From positions 2,414,328-2,478,327 of the forward strand of contig JAXGPZ010000001.1 of NCBI GenBank assembly GCA_040766725.1: a stretch of 64,000 bases of DNA. Reading direction: 5' to 3'. Each line of letters opens with the position of its first letter. Within the stretch, counting starts at the first letter, position 1. A program made the translations under genes and the position numbers. Under the pieces are notes generated by a model that saw nothing but the letters and a program-made list of their open reading frames with translations, was not told the origin of the DNA and made no database searches. This stretch comes from Anaerolineae bacterium (GTDB lineage: Bacteria; Chloroflexota; Anaerolineae; UBA1429). Shown one piece after another: positions 27,610-36,115 of the stretch.

Positions 27610-28920
27610 ATGAAGATCACGATCATCGGCGCGGGCAGCTATGTGTTCACCCGCAACCTGCTGACCGATTTTCTGACGTTTCCAGCGCTGCAAGAGGCGG
27701 ACATCTGGCTGGAGGACATCGAGCCAGAGCGCCTCACGGTGATGGCGGCGTTGGCAGAGCGGATGGTGTCGCAGCAAAAGTGCGGCGTCAGCATCCACAC
27801 CACGACGGATCTGCGCGCGGCCCTGGACGGCGCCGACTATGTGTTCAGCACCGTGCGGGTGGGCGACACGCGCAGCAACCTGGAGATACCGGCCCGGTAT
27901 GGCGTCAGCGTGTCGGTGGCCGACACCACCGGCGCGGGCGCGGCCTTTTACTTTTTGCGGAATGCGCCCGTCATCTTGCAGGTGGCGCGCACGATGCAAG
28001 AGGTGTGCCCCAACGGGCTGCTGCTCAACTACACGAACCCGATGGGCATGTTGTGCTGGGCGGTCAGCCTGCAGAGCAAGATCCGCAGCGTGGGGCTATG
28101 CCACTCGGTGCAGGGCACAGCGATGACGCTGGCCTCGTACATCGGCGCGCCCTTTGAGGAGATATCGTTCTGGGTGGCGGGGCTCAACCACATGGCGTGG
28201 TTCCTCGAGTTCCTGTGGCGCGGCGAGGACGCGTACCCTCTGCTGTGGCGCGCCATGCAAGACCCGGACCTCTATGCGCGCGACCGCGTGCGCTGGGACC
28301 TGATGCGCTACTTTGGCGCGTTTGTGTCCGAGTCGTCGACGCACAGCTCCGAGTATCACCCCTACTTTCGGCGCACGCCGGCGCTGATCGAGCGCTATCT
28401 GGGCCTCGAGATCGGCGGCCCCGGCCAGCCGAGCTATCTGGACCATCTGCGCAGCAGCCAGGCGCGCGGCGCCGAGCGGCGGCAGGCGCGAGAGGCGGAG
28501 AACCGCCAGCTCGCCTATGGTAGCGAGCCGATCCCGATTGTGCGCGGCCGCGAGTATGGCAGTTGCATTCTGAACGCCATCGAGACCAACACGCCGTTCC
28601 TGTTCAACGGCAACGTGGCCAACGACGGGCTGATCACCAACCTGCTGCCGGGCGCCATCGTCGAGGTGCCGATCATGGTGGATGGCACCGGGCTTCATCC
28701 GCTGCACGTTGGCGCCCTGCCGCCGGCGCTGGCGGCTTTGAACCGCACGGCGCTGAACTGCCAGGAGCTGGCGGTGCGCGGCCTGCTCGAGGGCCAGCGC
28801 GAGTACATCTACCAGGCGGCGCAGCTCGACCCGCTGGTGGCCGCGCTGCTGTCGCTCGACCAGATCAGGGCGATGGTCGACGAGCTCTTTGCCTCTGACG
28901 CCGAGTACATCACGATCTAG
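27610..28920 (+). CDS. Glycoside hydrolase family 4, second tandem paralog
   Basis: MKITIIGAGSYVFT, NYTNPMG, LCHSVQGT, NHMAWF. ~35% identical to the upstream GH4. Confidence 0.8.
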   Translation: MKITIIGAGSYVFTRNLLTDFLTFPALQEADIWLEDIEPERLTVMAALAERMVSQQKCGVSIHTTTDLRAALDGADYVFSTVRVGDTRSNLEIPARYGVSVSVADTTGAGAAFYFLRNAPVILQVARTMQEVCPNGLLLNYTNPMGMLCWAVSLQSKIRSVGLCHSVQGTAMTLASYIGAPFEEISFWVAGLNHMAWFLEFLWRGEDAYPLLWRAMQDPDLYARDRVRWDLMRYFGAFVSESSTHSSEYHPYFRRTPALIERYLGLEIGGPGQPSYLDHLRSSQARGAERRQAREAENRQLAYGSEPIPIVRGREYGSCILNAIETNTPFLFNGNVANDGLITNLLPGAIVEVPIMVDGTGLHPLHVGALPPALAALNRTALNCQELAVRGLLEGQREYIYQAAQLDPLVAALLSLDQIRAMVDELFASDAEYITI

Positions 28921-28944
28921 CAACGGGGGAGGACGCCGGCGGTC

Positions 28945-30168
28945 GTGGCCAGTGAACTGATGACTTCAGAGACATCGATCCGGGTGATCAACCGCAAGCG
29001 GGTGCTCACCTTGATCTTGTACCGACCGGGGCTGACGCGCACCGAGCTCGCCGAGGCTTGCGGGCTGAGCGCCGCCACGGTGAGCAGCCTGGTTGCAGAG
29101 CTACTGGACGAAGGGATTCTGCACGAGCACGACGGCGGGGGGCGCCTGCAGCGCAATCGCACGCTGTGGCTCAACCGCAATGCCGGCTGCGCGGTGGGCA
29201 TCGAGCTCTCGCCGCGACACTGCCGGGCCGTGTTGGTGGACATGGAGATGAACGTGGCCCGCCGCACAGAGCGCGCCCTGCCGAACACCCTGGTCGACGA
29301 CACGATCGTGGCGCTGGCCGACACCGTGCGTGAGCTCTGCGCGGGGGCCCACGCCCCGCTGGTGGGCGTGGCGGTGGCCGTGCCAGGCCCCGATGACGTC
29401 GAGGGCCGACGGGTCGTCTTTTCTGAGAGCCTGGGCTGGACCGACGTGGCGCTGGCCGAGCGACTGGCGGCGTTCACCGGCTGCTCGGTGTCGGTGATCA
29501 ACCGCCCCAAGGCGGGCGTGTTGGGCGAGCACTGGTATGGCGCCGGCCAGGGCATCGACAACCTGGTCTATGTCTCGGTGTCGAGCGGCGTGGCGGCCGG
29601 CATCTTTATCGGGGGGCAGCTCTTTGCCGGCGCTTTTGGCTATGGTGGCGAGCTCGGCCATACTACGATCATCGAGGACGGGCCGCTGTGCGTCTGTGGC
29701 AACCGCGGCTGCCTGGAGGCGGTCGCCAGCCTGCCGGCCATCGCAGCGGCGGTGGGCCGGCGCATGCGGGCGGGCGAGCCCTGCGTGCTCGCCGAGACGC
29801 CCGAAGGGCAGGCTGCCGGAGACTATGAGCCGCTCATCGCCGCGGCGCGCAATGGAGACCTGTTGGTGCGCGACGAGATTCGCGCCGCCAGCCGCTACAT
29901 CGGCATCGCGGTGGCCAACCTCATCAACCTGTTCAACCCACAGATGGTCATCGTGGGGGGCCAACTGGCGTTGGCCGGAGAAGTGGCGCTCAACACCGTG
30001 CGCGAGACGGCCCAACGGCGGGCCTTTCCGCTCAGCTATCGTAACGTGCAGATCGTCGCCAGCGCGCTGGGGGGCGATTCGGCCTGCCTGGGGGCGTGTG
30101 CCTATGTCATCGCCGAGCACATCAGCCGCCTAGGCGCCCGACAGCCGCTCAGCACCACCCAGAACTGA
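28945..30168 (+). CDS. ROK-family transcriptional regulator (NagC/XylR-like repressor)
   Basis: N-terminal HTH (RKRVLTLILYRPGLTRTELAEACGLSAATVS). ROK domain with zinc motif CVCGNRGC. The GTG start at 28945 has a GGGGGAGG RBS. An alternative ATG sits at 28960. Confidence 0.75.
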   Translation: MASELMTSETSIRVINRKRVLTLILYRPGLTRTELAEACGLSAATVSSLVAELLDEGILHEHDGGGRLQRNRTLWLNRNAGCAVGIELSPRHCRAVLVDMEMNVARRTERALPNTLVDDTIVALADTVRELCAGAHAPLVGVAVAVPGPDDVEGRRVVFSESLGWTDVALAERLAAFTGCSVSVINRPKAGVLGEHWYGAGQGIDNLVYVSVSSGVAAGIFIGGQLFAGAFGYGGELGHTTIIEDGPLCVCGNRGCLEAVASLPAIAAAVGRRMRAGEPCVLAETPEGQAAGDYEPLIAAARNGDLLVRDEIRAASRYIGIAVANLINLFNPQMVIVGGQLALAGEVALNTVRETAQRRAFPLSYRNVQIVASALGGDSACLGACAYVIAEHISRLGARQPLSTTQN

Positions 30169-30180
30169 CAGGAGTCTAGC

Positions 30181-30960
30181 ATGAAGTCAGCCAACACCGC
30201 CCTCTGGGCCAGACGGTATGGCCAGCTCGAGGCCCGCAACTATGCCGACGCCGTGACGATGGGGGCGGCCGCAGCCGACGACCTCGCCGCCATCATCAAC
30301 CAGGCGGTGCGCGAGCGGGGCCTGGCCTCGATCATCGTGGCCACCGGCAACTCGCAGTTGCGCTTTATGGAGGCGCTGCGCACCCGCAAGGACATCGCCT
30401 GGGAGCGCGTGGTCGTCTTTCATATGGACGAGTATCTGGGCATGGCGGCCGATCACCCGGCCAGCTTTCGCAGGTACATTCACCAGGAGCTGACCGACAT
30501 TGTGCGCCCACAGGCGTTCTATGGCGTCGACGGCGATGCGCCCGACACAGCCGGCGAGCTGGCCCGCTACACCGCCCTGCTGGAGCGTTACCCCGCTGAT
30601 GCCTGCGTGATGGGCATCGGCGAGAACGGCCACCTGGCGTTCAATGATCCGCCGGCCGACTTGACCACCACTGCAACGATCCACGTGGTGACACTGGACA
30701 TGGCGTGCCGGCAGCAGCAGGTGGGCGAGGGCCACTTTGCCACGCTGGACGAGGTGCCCACGCACGCGCTGTCGCTGACGGTGCCGGCGCTGCTCAAGCC
30801 CGCCCATGTGCTGGTGGTGGTGCCCGAGGCGCGCAAGGCGCCGGCCGTCAAGGCTGCGCTCACCGGCCCCGTCACGCCGCTGTGCCCGGCCTCGGTGTTG
30901 CAGACGCAGCCGCAGGCCGTGATCTATCTGGAGCCCGCCTCGGCGGCGCTGTTGCCGTAG
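30181..30960 (+). CDS. Glucosamine-6-phosphate deaminase / 6-phosphogluconolactonase family (NagB-like) sugar-phosphate isomerase
   Basis: IVATGNSQL and MGIGENGHLAFNDP motifs. AGGAG RBS. Confidence 0.75.
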   Translation: MKSANTALWARRYGQLEARNYADAVTMGAAAADDLAAIINQAVRERGLASIIVATGNSQLRFMEALRTRKDIAWERVVVFHMDEYLGMAADHPASFRRYIHQELTDIVRPQAFYGVDGDAPDTAGELARYTALLERYPADACVMGIGENGHLAFNDPPADLTTTATIHVVTLDMACRQQQVGEGHFATLDEVPTHALSLTVPALLKPAHVLVVVPEARKAPAVKAALTGPVTPLCPASVLQTQPQAVIYLEPASAALLP

Positions 30961-30981
30961 GCGAGCAGCCCCTGGCTGACC

Positions 30982-32307
30982 TCACCGGAACGCTACCTGC
31001 GCGCTCATGCCGGCGCGCAGGCTGGCCGGGCGCTCTTCGAGCAGGATGGTGACGCGATAGACGACATCGCCTCCGAGGGTGTCGGCCAGCGGGGCGATGG
31101 CCTGCACGCGGCCTGCGATGTCGACGCCGAGCGCCTCGACCGTCACCGTGACGGGCTGCCCCACCGCGACGCGGGGGACATCGCGTTCGCCGAGATCGGT
31201 GGTCTCGGCCAGGAGCGTGTCGAGGTCGGCCAGCGCTGCCGCCGCCTGGCCGGGCAGCAGCCATTGCCCCAACTCTGCCGACAGCCGGGTCAGCACACCG
31301 TCAAATGGCGCTCGCAGGCTCAGTTGCTCTTGCAGCGCCAGGGCAGACTGCACCTGCGCCTGGGCGGCCTCGACCTGCGCCTCGGCAGCGGCCAGCTCTG
31401 GGCGACGAGGGCCGGCCTGCAGAGCAGCCAGCGCCGCCCGAGCGGCATCGACCTGGGCCTGGGCAGCGGCCAGATCATAGCGGGTGGCAGGCTGGCGAGC
31501 CAGCGCCAGTTGCGCCTCGGCCGAACGCACGGCCTGACGAGCCCGCTCGACCTCGGCCGGATCGGCGCCCCGTTCGACTGTAGCGAGCTGGTTCTCGGCC
31601 AGACCGACACTCGTCTCTGCCACCAGCACGCGAGCCCTGGCGCCATCGCACTGCGCGCCCGCCAGCGCCGCATTGCCGCAGACCACATCGCGCTCGCTCT
31701 GCGCCGCCCAAAGGGCATCTTTGGCGGCGGCCACGCCCAGATGCGCGCGCTGCACCGCGAGGTCGTCGGGGGCGCTCTGAAGCTGCCCGAGCGCTGCCTG
31801 CGCCGAGGCCAGGTTGGCCTGGGCCTGCGCCACCTGCTCGGGGCGGGGACCGGCTGCCAGCGCGTCATAGTGGGCCTGGGCGCCATCGAGCGCCGCCTGC
31901 GCCTGCTGCAGCGCCTCGGCCGACGGGCCCGCCAGCAGCAACGCGTGGTTGGCCTGCGCAGCATGCAGCGCCGCCTGCGCCAGAGCCGCCTGAGCGGCCA
32001 CTACGTCGTCCTCGAGAGCGAGTAGCAGGTCGCCGGCCGCCACGGCGTCACCCTCGGCAAAGGGCAATGCCACCACCCGGCCGGCGCCCACGGCAGAGAG
32101 CTCGACCTGTCTGGCCGGCACGATCCTGGCGGCCGCCACCACGCCCGCGGTGGAGCTTGGCGAGGGCGATCGAGAGGCGTCCGTCGAGGGTGGCTCTTTG
32201 CCGAGCACCACGGTGGGCAGCGGCACGCGCGAGGCGCCGGGCTGTCTACAGGCCGTCAACAGCAGCGCGGCGATGGTCAACGCAGGCCAGAGGCTCGAGG
32301 CGCGCAT
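30982..32307 (-). CDS. Efflux-transporter periplasmic adaptor (HlyD/MFP family, MacA-like) lipoprotein
   Basis: Lipobox LLLTAC. Long Ala/Gln-rich coiled coils. C-terminal beta-barrel (VTVTVEALGVDIAGRV). ATG 32307 has a GAGGAG RBS and is adjacent to the upstream stop (TGAGATG). Confidence 0.75.
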   Translation of the reverse strand: MRASSLWPALTIAALLLTACRQPGASRVPLPTVVLGKEPPSTDASRSPSPSSTAGVVAAARIVPARQVELSAVGAGRVVALPFAEGDAVAAGDLLLALEDDVVAAQAALAQAALHAAQANHALLLAGPSAEALQQAQAALDGAQAHYDALAAGPRPEQVAQAQANLASAQAALGQLQSAPDDLAVQRAHLGVAAAKDALWAAQSERDVVCGNAALAGAQCDGARARVLVAETSVGLAENQLATVERGADPAEVERARQAVRSAEAQLALARQPATRYDLAAAQAQVDAARAALAALQAGPRRPELAAAEAQVEAAQAQVQSALALQEQLSLRAPFDGVLTRLSAELGQWLLPGQAAAALADLDTLLAETTDLGERDVPRVAVGQPVTVTVEALGVDIAGRVQAIAPLADTLGGDVVYRVTILLEERPASLRAGMSAQVAFR

Positions 32308-32308
32308 C

Positions 32309-33031
32309 TCACTGCTCCTCGGCTGGCGGCGGCACGGCTCCGTTCGCCACCACCAGCCCATCGCGCAGGGTGATGACCCGCCGCGCATACCTGATGACGC
32401 GCGGATCGTGGGTGGCAAAGATAAAGGTGACGCCCGTCTCCGCGTTGAGGCGCAGCATCATCTCCATGATCTGCTGGCCGTTGGCCGTGTCGAGGTTGGC
32501 CGTGGGCTCGTCGGCCAGCACGATGCGCGGGCGCTTGACCAGGGCCCGCGCCACGGCGGTGCGCTGCTGCTCGCCCCCCGAGAGCTGATCGGGGCGGTGC
32601 TGCGACCGGTCGGCCAGCCCCACGGCCTCGAGCAGGTGCATCACGCGAGCGCGGCGTTCGTCGGCGCCGATCCCGGTCAGCAGCAGAGGCATCTCGACGT
32701 TCTCGTAGGCGCTGAGGGTGGGAATCAGTGCATAGAACTGAAAGATGAACCCGATGGCGTTCTGGCGGATCTCGGCGCGCTCGTCGCGGCTGAGACGGCT
32801 CACCTCGCGCCCGTCGAGCCACACCGAGCCGCTGGTAGGCTGATCCAGGCAGCCCATCAACTGCAACAGCGTGGTCTTGCCCGATCCCGACGGCCCGACC
32901 AGCGTCAGGAACTCGCCCTCGTCGACCTCGAGGCTGACGCCGCGCAGGGCTCGCGTGGTGAACTCGCCGACAACATAGTCGCGTGTGACGTTGTCAACCC
33001 GGGCAACTGGCATAGTCTCCATGCTCCTCAT
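32309..33031 (-). CDS. ABC transporter ATP-binding protein (MacB/LolD-type)
   Basis: [28 protein letters not shown]. Confidence 0.85.
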   Translation of the reverse strand: MRSMETMPVARVDNVTRDYVVGEFTTRALRGVSLEVDEGEFLTLVGPSGSGKTTLLQLMGCLDQPTSGSVWLDGREVSRLSRDERAEIRQNAIGFIFQFYALIPTLSAYENVEMPLLLTGIGADERRARVMHLLEAVGLADRSQHRPDQLSGGEQQRTAVARALVKRPRIVLADEPTANLDTANGQQIMEMMLRLNAETGVTFIFATHDPRVIRYARRVITLRDGLVVANGAVPPPAEEQ

Positions 33032-34260
33032 GCTTCTCCGCCGTGCAGAGACTGAACCGGCTCCATACGCGCCGCCAGCATGGCCGGATAGAGCGCGCCG
33101 AGCATCGTCACCACCAGCGCTGCGATCACCAGGGCGACGGCATCGTTCAGGGTGAGATAGCCATACAGGCGCTCGCCGAGCATCATGTTGGTTACGCCCA
33201 TATCGGCGGTGAGGCTGCCGATGTAGACGCCGCGGGTGCTGAGCCAATAGACGGCGACGCCACCCAGCAGCAAGCCGATGACCACACCGACCAGGGCCAG
33301 CAGAAAGGACTCGAGCAGGAACAGCGCCATGATGCGCCGGCCCTTCATGCCGAGGGCGGCCAGCACGCCGATCTCTCGCGTGCGCTCAAAGACGGCCATC
33401 ACCATGGCATTGACCACGACGGTGGCGGTGATGCCCAGGACGATGAGGTAGAAGACGGCCATCATGGCGCTGGCGTATTCTTCCATCGAGAGCAGCAGGG
33501 CGTTCATCTGCTGCCACGTCTTGACCTCGTACTGGGCCGAGGTGAGCGCCGCCGCCACCTCATCGGCGCGGAACATGTCGTCGAGCTGCACCCAGACCAC
33601 GCTGGCGCGATCGCCCGTCTGGCTGATGGCCTGCGCCTTGGCCAGGGGCATGAGCACGTTGGCCTGGTCGTAGCTGGGCGTGTTGGTGCTGTAGATGCCA
33701 CGGATGACAAAGGCCTGCTGGTCCACCGCGCCGCCGGCGGTGTTCACCAACAGGGCGACGCGGTCGCCGACGTGCAGTCCACGTTTGAGCGCCAGCGACT
33801 GGCCAATGAGCACGCCCTCGCGGTCTCCGGCAGCGAGCCAGTCGCCGCCGCGGAGGCCATCGCGATAGACGCCGCTGCTGTCGGCGTCTGGATCGAGGCC
33901 GACGATGCGCACGCCAAGCGTTTCGTCGCCAACCAACATGATGCCGCTGATGTAGAGCCTGGGCGAAGCGGCTCTGACGGGGGGCAACGTCTCGATCTGT
34001 GCGGCGATGGCGGACGGTGTGTTCACCAGATCGTCCCAGGCCAGGCTCGCCTTGGTTTCGTCGTAATCGCGAGCACGCACCTGCAGGTGACCGCTCTCGA
34101 GGCGGATGCCAAGCTCGAGGGAACTGCGCATCTCGCCCTCGACAAAAGCCGCCATCATCAGCAGCAGCGCCAGACCTGCCCCGAGCGCCAGGGCCGATAG
34201 CAGCGTGCGGCGCCTGTTGCGCCCCAACCCTCGATAGGCGATCTTGAGCATCGGTATCAT
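33028..34260 (-). CDS. ABC transporter permease, FtsX/MacB-type
   Basis: N-terminal TM, large periplasmic domain, C-terminal three TM helices carrying the [14 protein letters not shown] motif. Confidence 0.8.
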   Translation of the reverse strand: MIPMLKIAYRGLGRNRRRTLLSALALGAGLALLLMMAAFVEGEMRSSLELGIRLESGHLQVRARDYDETKASLAWDDLVNTPSAIAAQIETLPPVRAASPRLYISGIMLVGDETLGVRIVGLDPDADSSGVYRDGLRGGDWLAAGDREGVLIGQSLALKRGLHVGDRVALLVNTAGGAVDQQAFVIRGIYSTNTPSYDQANVLMPLAKAQAISQTGDRASVVWVQLDDMFRADEVAAALTSAQYEVKTWQQMNALLLSMEEYASAMMAVFYLIVLGITATVVVNAMVMAVFERTREIGVLAALGMKGRRIMALFLLESFLLALVGVVIGLLLGGVAVYWLSTRGVYIGSLTADMGVTNMMLGERLYGYLTLNDAVALVIAALVVTMLGALYPAMLAARMEPVQSLHGGEA

Positions 34261-34270
34261 GGTGCGCGCC

Positions 34271-35506
34271 TCACAAAAAGTGCAGCGCCGCGGCGGGCTC
34301 GCGGCGGGCAGCCTCGCGGGCCGGATAGAGCGACGCCAGGATCGAGATCAGCACTGCAGAGAGGATGTAGCGAGGCGCGCTGTTCAGCGCCAGGGTCGAG
34401 TAGACGCGCCCGTCGATGAGCGCGGTGAACTCGGTCATCTGAGTGAACTGGCTGAAATCGAGCCCAACGCGGCTCAACAGGGCATTGCCCAGCAGGCCCA
34501 GGGCAACACCCGCCAGCGCGCCCAGCAGGCCCAAGAGGGAGCCCTCGAGCAGAAAAAGGAGCGTGATCTGCCGGGCTTTGAGCCCCAGGGCCGCCAGCAC
34601 CCCGATCTCGCGCGTGCGCTCATACACGGCCATGAGCAACAGGTTGAGGGTGCCGATGCCCGCGATGCCCAGCATGATGATGCCAAAGACGTCCATCACC
34701 GCGCCCTTGATGGCCATCGTCTGCGCCAGCTCTGGAAAGTTGACGCGCCACGATGCCACCTCGTAGCCGGCCAGCCGGGGGGCCAGCGCCCTGATCACTG
34801 TGGCCTCGTGGCCCATGTCGCGCAGCCAGACGACGGCCTCGGTCACCTCGCCAGGGGCCATATAGAGCGACTGCGCCGTGGCCAGCGGCATGTAGAGGGT
34901 GGCTTTCTCGACCTCGGCCATGTCGAGGTCAAAGATGCCGACGACCGTCATCGAGCGCTGACGCATTTGCTCATGCTCCGCACGGCCCACGAGCGTGAGG
35001 CGATCGCCCAGGCCCAGCTCGAGGGCGTCGGCGAGGCCCTGCCCGATGACGATGGCATCGCCGTCGTCAGGCGCCAGAAAGCGCCCCTGACTGATGCGCT
35101 GCCCGATCAGGCTGACGGGCAGCTCGACGTCGGGCTCGATGCCCACGATGCCCACGCCCAGCGCGCCATGCCGACTGCTGGCCATGCCGCTGGTGTTGAT
35201 GCGCCGCGACACCGCCAGCACCTGCGAGAGAGATGATGCCGCCCGGTTCACGACGTCAGGTTGCTCGACCGGCAGCAACGGGCGCTCATCGGGGTGGGCG
35301 GCATAGCCGGGCGCGTGCACCTGAATGTTGCCCCCCAGCACCTTGATGGCATTGCCGTAGATGGCCTGGTCAAAGCCGCTCATCAGGCCCCGGTAAAGGA
35401 TCATCAGAGCGGTGGTGAGGCCAATCGCCAGCGCCACGATCACCGTGCGGCGACGGTGCCGCCAGAGGTTGCGCCATGCCAGGCGCGTCAAGAGCGCTGT
35501 ACTCAT
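34271..35506 (-). CDS. ABC transporter permease, FtsX/MacB-type (second paralog)
   Basis: MSTALLTRLAWRNLWRHRRRT... [23 protein letters not shown] before ATG 35506. Confidence 0.8.
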   Translation of the reverse strand: MSTALLTRLAWRNLWRHRRRTVIVALAIGLTTALMILYRGLMSGFDQAIYGNAIKVLGGNIQVHAPGYAAHPDERPLLPVEQPDVVNRAASSLSQVLAVSRRINTSGMASSRHGALGVGIVGIEPDVELPVSLIGQRISQGRFLAPDDGDAIVIGQGLADALELGLGDRLTLVGRAEHEQMRQRSMTVVGIFDLDMAEVEKATLYMPLATAQSLYMAPGEVTEAVVWLRDMGHEATVIRALAPRLAGYEVASWRVNFPELAQTMAIKGAVMDVFGIIMLGIAGIGTLNLLLMAVYERTREIGVLAALGLKARQITLLFLLEGSLLGLLGALAGVALGLLGNALLSRVGLDFSQFTQMTEFTALIDGRVYSTLALNSAPRYILSAVLISILASLYPAREAARREPAAALHFL

Positions 35507-35895
35507 GCCCTGCTCCTTACACCGAGAGCGATCGCGTTGCGCGATGGCGTGCATCTGTTGGCTCGAGTAGCGGCCGAGAGCGGCAGGGCCAGCCCCGCTA
35601 TGGAGACGGCAATCTGCCCCACCGCAATGTCGGCGACTTTGCCTCGAGGCCGATACGCTGCGCCTGCGCCAAGGCCACCGAACCTACCCCTAGAGAATAG
35701 TCGGTCTGCGCCCTGTTGTCGATGCCGTACGCTCGGCTCCAGCGTGCCAGCAGGGGGCCGCGCCATCGAGCGGGCCAGCAACAGGTGGGCGGTGGAACCG
35801 GCCCCCGTGAGCAGTTGCGGTGCCCTCTGAGTGCAGCCATCGCGCGGACGGCGCTGCTTTGATGTGAGAGCCTATCAGGCTGTGACGCGAGCCCA

Positions 35896-35923
35896 TTGAC
35901 GGGCTCACGCTGCATGCTAGAAT
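35896..35923 (+). promoter_or_regulatory. Sigma-70-type promoter (TTGACG, 16-nt spacer, TAGAAT) upstream of the AOR gene
   Basis: Read in the sequence. It implies a ~190-nt GC-rich leader before ATG 36116. Confidence 0.4.
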
Positions 35924-36115
35924 GCGGCAGTGCTGGGCTCTGGCGTCTGGCAGCGCCGAGGCGGGCCGCTGAGGGCGGCTGCGGCTGACGCAGGGCCATG
36001 TGGATGAGGCGTCGGCAGCCAATAGACGGCCGGCGCAGGCGTCGCTGCTCTTGGCGTTGACGATGGCGGGGCAGAGACGGCGGCTACTATGGTCTGTGCA
36101 TATGGAGGGCACACT

